Positions 42,366 to 51,822 of a stretch of 64,000 nucleotides of DNA are shown piece by piece. This DNA is from Nannocystis bainbridge (GTDB lineage: Bacteria; Myxococcota_A; Polyangia; Nannocystales; Nannocystaceae), in NCBI RefSeq assembly GCF_028368995.1, contig NZ_JAQNDL010000002.1:1216001-1280000 (forward strand), read 5' to 3'. The translations under genes were made by a program, and so were the position numbers. Under the pieces are notes generated by a model that was given only the letters and a program-made list of their open reading frames with translations, searched no databases and was not told where the DNA came from. How positions within the stretch are numbered: position 1 is the first letter of the stretch; each line of letters opens with the position of its first letter.

Positions 42366-44554
42366 CGAGCATCGACCAGAACGCCACCGAGTTCATCGCC
42401 GAGGCGCAGGAGATCATCGAGACCTTCTCGCGCACGCTGCTCGAGCTCGAGGCGCAGTCGCGCGGGAGCGGTCCGGAGCCGGACCTGATCAACGCGGCGT
42501 TCCGGGCGATCCACAGCCTCAAGGGTCTGGCCGGTCTGTTCGGCGCGTCGGCCATCGGCGGGCTGTCGCACAGCCTCGAGAACACGCTCGACAGCCTGCG
42601 GCTCGGCAAGCTCGATCTGTCGCGGCCGGTGCTCGACGTGCTGTTCGAGGCGATCGAGGTGTTCGGCCGCCTGCTGGCGCCGCAGGGCGAAGAGGGCGGC
42701 GGGTCCGAGGTCGACACCGAGCCGGTGCTGACGCGGCTGCGCCAGCTCGGTGAGCGCGAGGCGGAGTCGGCTGGCCCTCAGGACAGCCTCGAGTGGGTCG
42801 GCGAGAACATCCTCAGCGTGCTCACCGAGTACGAGGAGCACCGGCTGCGCGAGAACATCAAGGCCGGGCGCAACCTGTACCGGGTCCACGCCAAGTTCGA
42901 CATCATGCAGATCGATGTCGGGCTCGAGCAGCTGAAGGACAAGATGAAGGGCTACGGGGAGGTCATCACCTACCTCCCCAGCGCCGACGGCTCGTCCGAC
43001 GACGCGATCGAGCTCGACATCCTGCTCGGCTCGAAGGGCACCCTCGGCGAGATCAACGGGGCGCTGGCCAACCCCGACGTGGCGGTCCATCGGCTCACGC
43101 CCGCGGCCGAGGCGCCGCCGCCGGTGCCCTCGACCGGCCGCCTGGCGCCGCTGCCGTCCGCTGCCAAACCTGCTCCTCCGGTCATGTCCGAAGGGCCATC
43201 CAGGCGCGCCGAGCCGCCGCCGCGCGCCAGCGGGCCGACGACCTCCCGCACGGTGGTGACCACCACCGAGGAGCCCGATCCGGCCGTCGTCGCCTCGAGC
43301 GAGGCGAGCCTGCGCAGCCTCAGCCAGACGGTGCGGGTCGACCTGCGCCGGCTCGACCTGCTGATGAACCTGGTCGGCGAGCTGGGCCTGGTCCAGGCCA
43401 ACCTGACGGGGGTGCTCGACGAGCTGCGCCAGCTCGATCACAGCGCCGACGTGTCGCGCGAGCTGCGGGTCCAGATCCGCGACATGCACCGCAAGCTGGC
43501 GCTGCTGCAGCAGGGCATCCTCGACGTCCGCATGGTGCCGATCGGGCAGGTGTTCGACAAGCTGGCCCGGGTGGTCCGCAAGCTCAGCCGCGACCTCGAC
43601 AAGGAGATCCGGCTCGTCATCTCGGGGGCGGAGACGGTGCTCGACAAGCTGATCGTCGAGGAGCTGTCCGACCCGCTGATGCACATGATCCGCAACTGCA
43701 TCGACCACGGGATCGAGCCGGCGGTCGAGCGGGTGGCGCTCGACAAGCTGCCGGGCGGGAAGATCGAGCTGCGGGCGTTCCAGAAGGGCAACCGCGTCGT
43801 CATCGAGGTCGAGGACGACGGCCGCGGGATGGACTGGATGCGGATCCGCGACGTCGCGGTCCGCCGCAACCTCCTCAACGCCGAGGAGGCCGTGTCGCTG
43901 ACCCCGGGCGAGGCGGTCAACCTGATCTTCCAGCCGGGCTTCAGCACCCGCGACTCGGCGACCGAGGTGTCGGGCCGCGGCGTCGGCATGGACATCGTCA
44001 AGACCAACATCGCCCGCCTGTCGGGCATGATCGACGTCACCACCGACCTCGGTCGCGGGACGACCTTCTCGATCACGCTGCCGGTGACGCTGGCGATCAT
44101 CCAGGCGCTGGTGATCCAGTCGGCCGGGCACACGTTCTGCATCCCGCTCAACTCGGTGCTCGAGTCGATCATGGTCGAGACGCGCGAGATCGGGACGGTC
44201 GAGGGCCACGAGGTCATCACGCTCGGCGGCCGCACGCTGCCGCTGCTGCAGCTGTCGCGCCTGTTCGGGCTGAGGCCGCTCAACAAGAACTACCGCGATC
44301 CGAACCGCCTCTACGTGGTGGTGGTCGGGCTGGCGCAGCACCGCGTGGGTCTGGTGGTCGACGAGCTGCTCGGCCAGCAGGACGTGGTGATCAAGCCGCT
44401 GGGCAGCGCGGTCCGCAACGTGCCCGGCATCGCCGGCGCGACCGAGCTCGGGGCCAACCGCACGGTCTTGTTGCTCGACGTCGGCCGGCTGGTCGACGAG
44501 GGCGTGCGCCAGTCGGACGTGGCCTACAACCTCGGAGGCGGGCATGTCCGGTGA
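42362..44554 (+). CDS. cheA: Chemosensory histidine kinase CheA
   Basis: Hpt FRAIHSLKG; VRVDLRRLDLLMNLVGEL; HMIRNCIDHGIE; DDGRG; SGRGVGMD; C-terminal CheW domain. Confidence 0.97.
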   Translation: MTSIDQNATEFIAEAQEIIETFSRTLLELEAQSRGSGPEPDLINAAFRAIHSLKGLAGLFGASAIGGLSHSLENTLDSLRLGKLDLSRPVLDVLFEAIEVFGRLLAPQGEEGGGSEVDTEPVLTRLRQLGEREAESAGPQDSLEWVGENILSVLTEYEEHRLRENIKAGRNLYRVHAKFDIMQIDVGLEQLKDKMKGYGEVITYLPSADGSSDDAIELDILLGSKGTLGEINGALANPDVAVHRLTPAAEAPPPVPSTGRLAPLPSAAKPAPPVMSEGPSRRAEPPPRASGPTTSRTVVTTTEEPDPAVVASSEASLRSLSQTVRVDLRRLDLLMNLVGELGLVQANLTGVLDELRQLDHSADVSRELRVQIRDMHRKLALLQQGILDVRMVPIGQVFDKLARVVRKLSRDLDKEIRLVISGAETVLDKLIVEELSDPLMHMIRNCIDHGIEPAVERVALDKLPGGKIELRAFQKGNRVVIEVEDDGRGMDWMRIRDVAVRRNLLNAEEAVSLTPGEAVNLIFQPGFSTRDSATEVSGRGVGMDIVKTNIARLSGMIDVTTDLGRGTTFSITLPVTLAIIQALVIQSAGHTFCIPLNSVLESIMVETREIGTVEGHEVITLGGRTLPLLQLSRLFGLRPLNKNYRDPNRLYVVVVGLAQHRVGLVVDELLGQQDVVIKPLGSAVRNVPGIAGATELGANRTVLLLDVGRLVDEGVRQSDVAYNLGGGHVR

Positions 44555-45110
44555 GCGCGAAGACCTGTGGCAGGCGCTGCTGCGCAGCGGCGAGGTCGTG
44601 GTCACCGACGAGGACTACGAGCACGGCTACAAGCGCGAGGTCCGGCAGGACCTGCAGCAGTACGTGACGTTCCGGGTCAGCGGCGAGGTCTACGGGCTGG
44701 CGATCCACGAGATCGAGGAGATCAGCAAGGTCTTCCAGACCACCCACGTGCCGCGCACGGCGGATTTCTTGCTCGGGATCGGCAACGTCCGCGGCCGCAT
44801 CATGCCGGTCATCGATCTGGCCCGCCGCCTGCGCCTGCGCCCGGCGGAGCGCGGTCGGGCGGCGCGGGTGTTGATCGTGCACTTCAACGACGAGCCGTAC
44901 GGGCTGGTGGTCGACGAGGTGATGGACGTGATCCGGATCCCGCCCGAGGCGATGGAAGACAAGCCGGGCGGGCTGACCGGGACGCGCGCCGAGTACATCC
45001 GCGCGCTCGGTCGCAACGGCAAGGATCTGGTGATCATCCTCCACCTGCCGGCGCTCCTCGACGCCAAGGACTTCGTCAAAGTGACGGTCTACGAGGAGGG
45101 TCGCTCGTGA
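44544..45110 (+). CDS. cheW: CheW adaptor
   Basis: THVPRTADFLLGIGNVRGRIMPVIDL and GLVVDEV motifs. Confidence 0.93.
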   Translation: MSGEREDLWQALLRSGEVVVTDEDYEHGYKREVRQDLQQYVTFRVSGEVYGLAIHEIEEISKVFQTTHVPRTADFLLGIGNVRGRIMPVIDLARRLRLRPAERGRAARVLIVHFNDEPYGLVVDEVMDVIRIPPEAMEDKPGGLTGTRAEYIRALGRNGKDLVIILHLPALLDAKDFVKVTVYEEGRS

Positions 45111-45712
45111 CGGAGGTCCGCGAGGGTCGCTCCAGCGCCGCCGAGGAGGACCTCAAGGTCGCCGGCTTCTACGTCGGCACGGGCCTCTACGGCATCGAGA
45201 TCATGCGGATCAAAGAGGTCATCCAGGCCCGCCCGTATCCGATCCGCCCGGTGCCGTACGCGCCCGAGATCGTGGAGGGCGTGATCCAGCTGCGCGGCGT
45301 GGTGATCCCCGTGGTGGATCTGCGGCGACGCTTCCGCGTGACGATCGATCCGGCCATCGACCACCTCAACAAGCTGATCATCGTCAGCGTGGCGGGGCGC
45401 ATCGCCGGCCTCAAGGTCGACCGCGTGCTGGGCGAGCTGCGGGTGCCCGCGGGCGGCCTGCGACCGGCGCCGTCGATGCTGCGGCCGGAGCTCGATCGCA
45501 GCGGTGATACCAATATCTTCAGCGGGGTTTCGCGGGCCCATCGACACCGCGAACGCTCGGAGAATCGCCGCCAGCCGCTGGTCGGCGGCGACCGACGAGG
45601 ACACACGCCGACGGCGGTGGGACAACCAACGCCGGTGGAAGACCGACAGGCGGGCGACGACATGGTTTTTGTGATCAACCTCGATGCGCTGCTGCGCACG
45701 GGGGGGAGGTAG
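45107..45712 (+). CDS. cheW: Second CheW adaptor with C-terminal insertion
   Basis: GTGA overlap; YGIEIMRIKEVI and EGVIQLRGVVIPVVDLRRRF motifs. Confidence 0.9.
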   Translation: MTEVREGRSSAAEEDLKVAGFYVGTGLYGIEIMRIKEVIQARPYPIRPVPYAPEIVEGVIQLRGVVIPVVDLRRRFRVTIDPAIDHLNKLIIVSVAGRIAGLKVDRVLGELRVPAGGLRPAPSMLRPELDRSGDTNIFSGVSRAHRHRERSENRRQPLVGGDRRGHTPTAVGQPTPVEDRQAGDDMVFVINLDALLRTGGR

Positions 45713-45718
45713 CGCGGG

Positions 45719-46441
45719 GTGAGCGAGGCGCAGGTGAGGCTCAAGATCCTGGTCGCCCACGAGCGGCTGGCGCTCGGACAGGCGATCGGCCGGGTGCTGG
45801 CGGCGCAGGGGTTCGTGGCGGTGACGGTGACGGACACGGCGGCGGCCGAGCAGGCGATGCGCGCCGACATGTTCGCCGCGTTGGTGCTCGACGTGGCGTT
45901 GCCGGGCGGCAAGGCGTGTCACGAGCTGATCCAGCTGGCGAAGTCCGAGCTGCCGGCGCCGATCCCCGCGGTCGTGCTGGTGGCGTCGGTGTTCCGCAAG
46001 ACCAGCTACAAGCGACGCCCGACCCAGCTGTACGGGGCCGACGATTACGTCGAGATCCATCGCCTCGGCGATCAGCTGCCGGGCAAGCTGTGGCACCTGC
46101 TCGGCGGCGATCCGGGGGCGATGCCCGGGCTCGTCGAGGCGGAGGCGGTGCTTTCGACGATCCAGGACGAGGGCGATCAGCGGCTGTTCGAGCAGCGCGG
46201 GCGCACGCTGCGGCTGTCCGAGCTGATCGTCGCCGACCTGATCCTGTACGCCGGCGATCGCGTGCTCACGGCCACGACGCAGGCCGAGGCCCGGGCGCTG
46301 CTGGCCGGCGATCTCGAGGCGGCGCGGCAGCTGTTCCGCCAGATCAATCCGGTCCCGCTGGCGCCGGGCGTCGATCCGATCGGCGCCGCCTTCGACGACA
46401 TGATGCGGATGTTCAACCTCGATCCCGGGGAGCCCTCATGA
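45719..46441 (+). CDS. Atypical receiver-domain protein with helical C-terminal domain
   Basis: REC fold with LVLDVALPG but an altered acidic pocket (VAHER); YKRRPTQLYGADDYVE motif. Confidence 0.75.
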   Translation: MSEAQVRLKILVAHERLALGQAIGRVLAAQGFVAVTVTDTAAAEQAMRADMFAALVLDVALPGGKACHELIQLAKSELPAPIPAVVLVASVFRKTSYKRRPTQLYGADDYVEIHRLGDQLPGKLWHLLGGDPGAMPGLVEAEAVLSTIQDEGDQRLFEQRGRTLRLSELIVADLILYAGDRVLTATTQAEARALLAGDLEAARQLFRQINPVPLAPGVDPIGAAFDDMMRMFNLDPGEPS

Positions 46442-48474
46442 ACGCGCTCCGCTCCGATCTCGCGCGCTGCATCGAATTCTTCGGGAGCGAACGCTGGCGC
46501 GAGCGCAAGGACGCGTCCCGCGACTTGCTGGCGGCGGTCCGCGAGCAGCCGCCCGCGCCGGACCAACTGGCCATCCTCGTCGAACAGCTGCTCGACGGGC
46601 TGGTGACGCCGGACTCGGTGGCACGCCGCTCGGTGTGCCACGAGGTGCTGACGGGCATCGGTCCTTCGGTGGTGCCGGCGATCCGCCGGCGACTCCGGGT
46701 CGGTGGGGTCGGGTCACGCATGGTCGTCGATCTGCTCGGCGACGTCGGCGGGGCCGACGACGTGCCGCTGCTGGCGGCGATCCTCGGCGCCCCGGGCGAC
46801 GACAACGTGCGCGCCTCGGCGGCCGCGGCCCTGGGGGTGCTCGGCGGGGCCGAGGCCGAGCGCGCGCTGGCGAATGTCCTTTCGGACAGCTCGGAGATGC
46901 TGCGGATGTTCGCCCTCGACGCGCTGGCCCGCCTCGGGGTGGTGGTGCCGCCGGCGCGGCTGAGCGGGCTGCTCGCCGATCCGGTGACGCGGCGCGCGGC
47001 GGTGGCGGTGCTCGGGTACAGCGGCGATCCGGCGGCGGCGAGCCAGCTGGTGCAGTTTCTGGGCGATCCGATGCCGGGGGTGCGCGCGGCCGCGGCGGTG
47101 GCGGTGGTGCGGCTGCACGCGACGCTGTCGCTGCGCGGCGATCCGGTGGCAGTCGCGGCGGCGCTGGCGGAGCGCGACGGCGAGCCGCTGCGCCAGCGGA
47201 TCCGCGAGCTCGTCGAGCACCGCCAGCTCGAGGTCAAGCTCGCGGCGCTGGCCCTGGCCGGGGCGCTCGGCGACGTGCGCAGCCTGGCGCATGTCCTCCG
47301 GGCCATGTCGGATCCGGAGCTGCGCGAGCGCGCGGTCGAGTTCGCGGCCGGGCTCGGGGCGGCGGCTGTACCTGTCCTTGTGGACATGGTCGAACAGACA
47401 GCCCCCGAGGCGCTCGGCGATCTGTTCTTGCTGGTGAGCGGGCTCGGGCCGGCGGGCACGCACCCGCGGCTGGTCGAGGCGTTGACGGCGGCGCTGGCCG
47501 GTCCCGACGCCCACGCGGCGTGCATGGCCGCGACGGCGCTCGGCAAGATCGGCGGGCTCGAGGTGATCGCGCCGCTGGCCCGCGCGCTCGCGCTCGAGGG
47601 TCCGGCGGGCGAGGCGGCGGCGGTGGCGTTCGCGGCGGTGGCCGGGCGAGCGCTCGGGTCGCGCCACGCCCGGGTCGCGCCGCATCTGCCGGCGGAAGCG
47701 GGCGGGGGGGCGCTGCTGCGCAACCTGTGCCGCGCGTTCGGCATGCTCGGTCGCGGCGGCGACGTCGGCTTCGTGGCGCCGCTGATCGCCCGGCTCGGCG
47801 ATAGCGACGTCGGCGTGCGTCTGCTGGCCGCACGAGCGCTGGGCCAGATCGGCGGCGAGCACGAGGGCGCGGCGGCGCTGGCCCTGGCGCTGCAAGACGA
47901 GGACGCGGGCGTGCGGGCGGCGGCGTCCCGCAGCCTGGGACAGATCGGCGCGGCGGAGTCGGTGCCGGCGCTGCTGACCGCGTCCCGTGACCCGAGCTCG
48001 TCGGTGCGCGCCGCGGCCGTGCAGGCGCTGGTCGGGCTCGACAACCCGATCGCGCTGACGCGGCTGCGCGAGGTGGTGCTGGCCGACACGGCGCCGGCGG
48101 TGGTGATCCAGGCGATCGCGGGGCTGAGCCGCTCGGGCACCGATCAGGATCTGGTGATGCTGATGAGCCTGTGCCGCGCGCCCGATCACGAGATCGTGAA
48201 GGCGGCGGCGCGCGGGCTGGCCGGCTGTCGCGGGCATCGAGCCACGGCGGCGGTGCTCGGGCTGCTCGAGCACCCGCGCTGGGACGTCCGCTGGGCGGCC
48301 GCCGAGGCGCTGGGCGAGCGCGGCGACACGACCGCCTTGCACCCGCTGCGCCGCGTCCACGCCGTCGAGCCGGATCCGCTGGTGCGCAAGGTGCTGGCGG
48401 GCGCGGTGGCGCGGCTCGAGACGCGCGCGGCCGAGCAGGCGGCGGTCGACGGCGAGGGAGCGCCCACGGCGTGA
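46438..48474 (+). CDS. HEAT/PBS-lyase repeat protein
   Basis: Many D..VR..AA.ALG repeats; ATGA overlap with the upstream gene. Confidence 0.9.
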   Translation: MNALRSDLARCIEFFGSERWRERKDASRDLLAAVREQPPAPDQLAILVEQLLDGLVTPDSVARRSVCHEVLTGIGPSVVPAIRRRLRVGGVGSRMVVDLLGDVGGADDVPLLAAILGAPGDDNVRASAAAALGVLGGAEAERALANVLSDSSEMLRMFALDALARLGVVVPPARLSGLLADPVTRRAAVAVLGYSGDPAAASQLVQFLGDPMPGVRAAAAVAVVRLHATLSLRGDPVAVAAALAERDGEPLRQRIRELVEHRQLEVKLAALALAGALGDVRSLAHVLRAMSDPELRERAVEFAAGLGAAAVPVLVDMVEQTAPEALGDLFLLVSGLGPAGTHPRLVEALTAALAGPDAHAACMAATALGKIGGLEVIAPLARALALEGPAGEAAAVAFAAVAGRALGSRHARVAPHLPAEAGGGALLRNLCRAFGMLGRGGDVGFVAPLIARLGDSDVGVRLLAARALGQIGGEHEGAAALALALQDEDAGVRAAASRSLGQIGAAESVPALLTASRDPSSSVRAAAVQALVGLDNPIALTRLREVVLADTAPAVVIQAIAGLSRSGTDQDLVMLMSLCRAPDHEIVKAAARGLAGCRGHRATAAVLGLLEHPRWDVRWAAAEALGERGDTTALHPLRRVHAVEPDPLVRKVLAGAVARLETRAAEQAAVDGEGAPTA

Positions 48475-49328
48475 ACACGCGGGCTTCCGGCGGGATCGAG
48501 CCCCCGGTGCGCGTGCGCATCACGCCGGAGGAGTCGCGGCTGCTGGCGGAGCTGATCCTCGAGTACTGCGGCGTGCTGCTCGCCAGCGACGCGGGGTTCT
48601 TGCTCGAGCGCCGGCTGGCGTCGCGGCTCGACCACCTGAGCCTCGGGTCGTATCTCGAGTACTACCACTACCTCAGCTACGACCTCGGCGGGCCGGTCGA
48701 GCTGCTCGAGTGCATCGAGCGGGTCACGACCCACGAGACTTACCTGTTCCGCGAGCAGTTTCAGCTCGACGCGTTCGAGCGCGAGATCCTGCCGGTGCTG
48801 CTCGGGCGACGGGGGGCGCGCGCACCCGTGGTGTGGAGCGCCGGCTGCTCGACCGGCGAAGAGGCGTACACGATCGCCGCGCTGCTGGCCGAGACCGCCC
48901 GCCCGGGGGCGCGGGTGATCGGCAGCGACATCAGCCTGCGCGGGGTCCGGACGGCCGAGGTCGGGATCTACGGGCCGAGCAGTTTTCGCACGACCCCCGA
49001 GGAGCGGCGGGAGCGCTACTTCGAGCCGCTCCCGAGCGGGCAGTGGCGGGCCATCGAGCCGCTGCGGCGGATGTGCACCTTCGTCCACCTCAACCTCCTC
49101 GACACCGCCCGGTACACCGAGCTCGGCGCCATCGACACGATTTTCTGCCGCAACGTCCTGATGTATTTATCGAGCCAGGCGAGGCGGCGCGTGGTCGAAG
49201 GGTTCTACGACGCGCTGGTGCCGGGAGGCTACCTGTTGCTCGGACACTCGGAGAGCCTGATCAGCGTCCCGGGGCGCTTCGACCTCGTGAACCTCAGCAA
49301 CGACCTCGTGTATCGCAAGCCGGGTTAG
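48471..49328 (+). CDS. cheR: CheR methyltransferase
   Basis: TTHETYLFRE, WSAGCSTGEEAYTIA, IFCRNVLMY and GYLLLGHSE motifs. Confidence 0.96.
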   Translation: MNTRASGGIEPPVRVRITPEESRLLAELILEYCGVLLASDAGFLLERRLASRLDHLSLGSYLEYYHYLSYDLGGPVELLECIERVTTHETYLFREQFQLDAFEREILPVLLGRRGARAPVVWSAGCSTGEEAYTIAALLAETARPGARVIGSDISLRGVRTAEVGIYGPSSFRTTPEERRERYFEPLPSGQWRAIEPLRRMCTFVHLNLLDTARYTELGAIDTIFCRNVLMYLSSQARRRVVEGFYDALVPGGYLLLGHSESLISVPGRFDLVNLSNDLVYRKPG

Positions 49329-49338
49329 AGGAACTGCG

Positions 49339-50460
49339 ATGGACGGCCATAAGCTGCGCGCCCTGGTAGTCGACGACTCGGCCTACAACCGGCAGACGAT
49401 CGCCGCGATGCTCGAGCTCGATCCGGGCGTCGAGGTCATCGGCCGCGCCTCCAACGGCAAGGAGGCGCTGCGCATGGTGTTCGACCTCCAGCCGGACGTC
49501 ATCACGCTCGACCTCGAGATGCCGGAGATGGACGGCTTCTCGTTCTTGCGGGTGCTGATGGCCAAGAAGCCGCTGCCGGTGATCGTCGTCAGCGGCCACG
49601 CCGAACGCGACCATGTGTTCCGCGCGCTCGAGCTCGGCGCGCTCGACTTCATCGCCAAGCCGGGCCGCCACATCGGCCCCGACCTGCGCACGATCCAGGA
49701 GGACCTGCTGGCCAAGCTGCGCGTGGTAAGGCGCCTCAGCGTGGTCCGCCTGCTGCAGCGCGCGCAGCACCTGGCCGAGCAGCGCGGCGAGCGGTCGACG
49801 CTCGAGGTGCCGGCGTTCGACAGCGGCCGCTACGAGCCGCAGAAGCGCCGCGGGCCGCCGCTCGGCGTGCTGGGGATCGCGGCCTCGACCGGCGGTCCGC
49901 CCGCGCTGCAGCAGCTGCTGTGCGCGCTGCCGGTGACGCTGCCGATCGCCATCCTCGTGGCCCAGCACATGCCGGCGCGCTTCACCCGGGCGTTCGCGGC
50001 GCGGCTCGACAAGATCTGCTCGTTCCAGGTGTGCGAGGCGACCGATCAGCAGGAGCTGCAGGCGGGTGTGGTGTACATCGCCCCGGGCGCGGCCAACCTC
50101 GAGGTCGACGCCGGGCCGACCGGCGTGCGCGTGCGCGTGCGGCCGCCGCGGGGCGGGGCGACGATCGTCCCGTCGGGCGACCTGCTGTTCAAGACGGTGT
50201 CCGACCTGTTCGGGCCTCGCTTCTGCGCGCTGATCTTGACCGGCATGGGCAGCGACGGGCGCGAGGGGGCCGAGCTGGCCAAGCGGCTGGGGGCGACGGT
50301 GCTGGCCGAGGATCCGAACACGGCGGTGATGCCGGGCATGCCGGCGGCCGCGATCGACGCCGGCGTGGTCGACTCCGTGCTGTCGCTCGAGGAGCTGCCG
50401 GTGGCGATCCAGCGGTTTGCAGACGCCTGCCGACCGCGGCCGGAAGAGCTGCCGCGGTAG
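49339..50460 (+). CDS. cheB: CheB methylesterase/response regulator
   Basis: REC domain plus ASTGGP, QHMP and LTGMGSDG (catalytic residues present). Confidence 0.97.
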   Translation: MDGHKLRALVVDDSAYNRQTIAAMLELDPGVEVIGRASNGKEALRMVFDLQPDVITLDLEMPEMDGFSFLRVLMAKKPLPVIVVSGHAERDHVFRALELGALDFIAKPGRHIGPDLRTIQEDLLAKLRVVRRLSVVRLLQRAQHLAEQRGERSTLEVPAFDSGRYEPQKRRGPPLGVLGIAASTGGPPALQQLLCALPVTLPIAILVAQHMPARFTRAFAARLDKICSFQVCEATDQQELQAGVVYIAPGAANLEVDAGPTGVRVRVRPPRGGATIVPSGDLLFKTVSDLFGPRFCALILTGMGSDGREGAELAKRLGATVLAEDPNTAVMPGMPAAAIDAGVVDSVLSLEELPVAIQRFADACRPRPEELPR

Positions 50461-50596
50461 CGCCCGGGGGCTGCGGGGCTCGCCGGGCGGCGGGCAGCCC
50501 GCGATGGCGGCGCTGCAGTTCGTCATGCGAAATCACCCCCAGGAGCTGGCGCCGGCGGGCGCCCGTCCGGCCTTGAGGCGTGATACCTTCGCCCCG

Positions 50597-51424
50597 ATGC
50601 GTGCGCAGGACGCCGGCCAGGGGGACCTTCACGACAAGACCCGGGCGGCACTTCATGAATTTTTCGGACGCGGGGAGGCCTTCGTCCGCCAACTCATCGC
50701 CGAGAACGAACGCCTGCGCGGCGAACTCAACGAAGCGCAACCCGATCGTCCGGCGCGACCGGAGCTGACGCCGGGCACGGTGATGGAAGGCCTCATCGGC
50801 CGCATCGTCGAGCTCGAAAAGGCGCGGGGCGCTGCAGCGGAGGCGGGGGCGCCGGCGCCGGCCGGCGAGGTCGCTCGCCTGCGCGATCGCCTGGTCCAGC
50901 TCGAGGACGAGAACTACCACCTCGCGTCGATGTACGTCGCGGGGCTGCAGTTCCACGCGTCGCGGACGATCGGCGACGTGCTGCAGACCACCACCGAGAT
51001 CCTGCTCAACTTCATCGGCGTCGGCGCCTTCACCCTCTACCTCGTCGACGAGGAGCGGCGCGTGTTGTTCCCGATCGCGCGCGAGGGCGGAGAGATGGAC
51101 GAGCTCGTCGAGATCGAGATGGACGAAGCGAGCCCCGCGGCGCAGATGGTCCAGCGGGGACGCCCGTGGACCCGCGGAGATCCCGCATACGCGTCGGACG
51201 ACGTGATCATGTATCTTCCGCTGGTCAGTGGACGGCGGCTCGTCGCGGTCCTGCGGCTCGAAGCGTTTCTGGCGCAAAAGCCCGGCTTCGAGGACAATGA
51301 CTACAGCCTCCTCTCCATGATTTCCGAACACGCCGGCATCGCCATCGAGTCGGCGTGGATCCGGGCTCACGCCAAGGCGGTCGCGCTGCAGCGGCAGGCC
51401 GTAGAACACCTCCTCGGATCATGA
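50597..51424 (+). CDS. Coiled-coil plus GAF domain protein
   Basis: LIAENERLR and LEDENYHLASMYVA coiled coils; GAF-like LYLVDEE...YLPLVSG..LVAVL...LSMISEHAGIAIE. Confidence 0.8.
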   Translation: MRAQDAGQGDLHDKTRAALHEFFGRGEAFVRQLIAENERLRGELNEAQPDRPARPELTPGTVMEGLIGRIVELEKARGAAAEAGAPAPAGEVARLRDRLVQLEDENYHLASMYVAGLQFHASRTIGDVLQTTTEILLNFIGVGAFTLYLVDEERRVLFPIAREGGEMDELVEIEMDEASPAAQMVQRGRPWTRGDPAYASDDVIMYLPLVSGRRLVAVLRLEAFLAQKPGFEDNDYSLLSMISEHAGIAIESAWIRAHAKAVALQRQAVEHLLGS

Positions 51425-51822
51425 CCCAGGACACCCAAACTCGCCGGCTCAACGCGTTGGTGGTCGAAGACAGCCCACCGATGCGGAAGATGATCGTGTT
51501 CGCGTTGTCGCGGATCCGGGAGCTCAGCGTGGTCGAGGCCGACGACGGCGTCGACGCGCTCCGCCGCCTGTCGGGCACCAAGTTCGACATCATCATCACC
51601 GACATCAACATGCCCATCCTCGACGGGCTGAAGCTCGTCAAGCGCCTGCGGGCGGACGAGACCTACCAGGACGTGCCGATCATCATCATCACGACCGAGG
51701 GGGCCGCCGAGGACCGGCAGCGCGCGCTGGCGCTGGGCGCCAACGCGTACATCACCAAGCCCATCCAGGCCCCGGCGGTCATCAAGCTGGTGCGCGAGAT
51801 CCTCAACCTGGAGGAGCGGTGA
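51421..51822 (+). CDS. cheY: CheY-like single-domain response regulator
   Basis: VVEDS, ITDINMP, ITTEG and ITKPI motifs. Confidence 0.92.
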   Translation: MTQDTQTRRLNALVVEDSPPMRKMIVFALSRIRELSVVEADDGVDALRRLSGTKFDIIITDINMPILDGLKLVKRLRADETYQDVPIIIITTEGAAEDRQRALALGANAYITKPIQAPAVIKLVREILNLEER

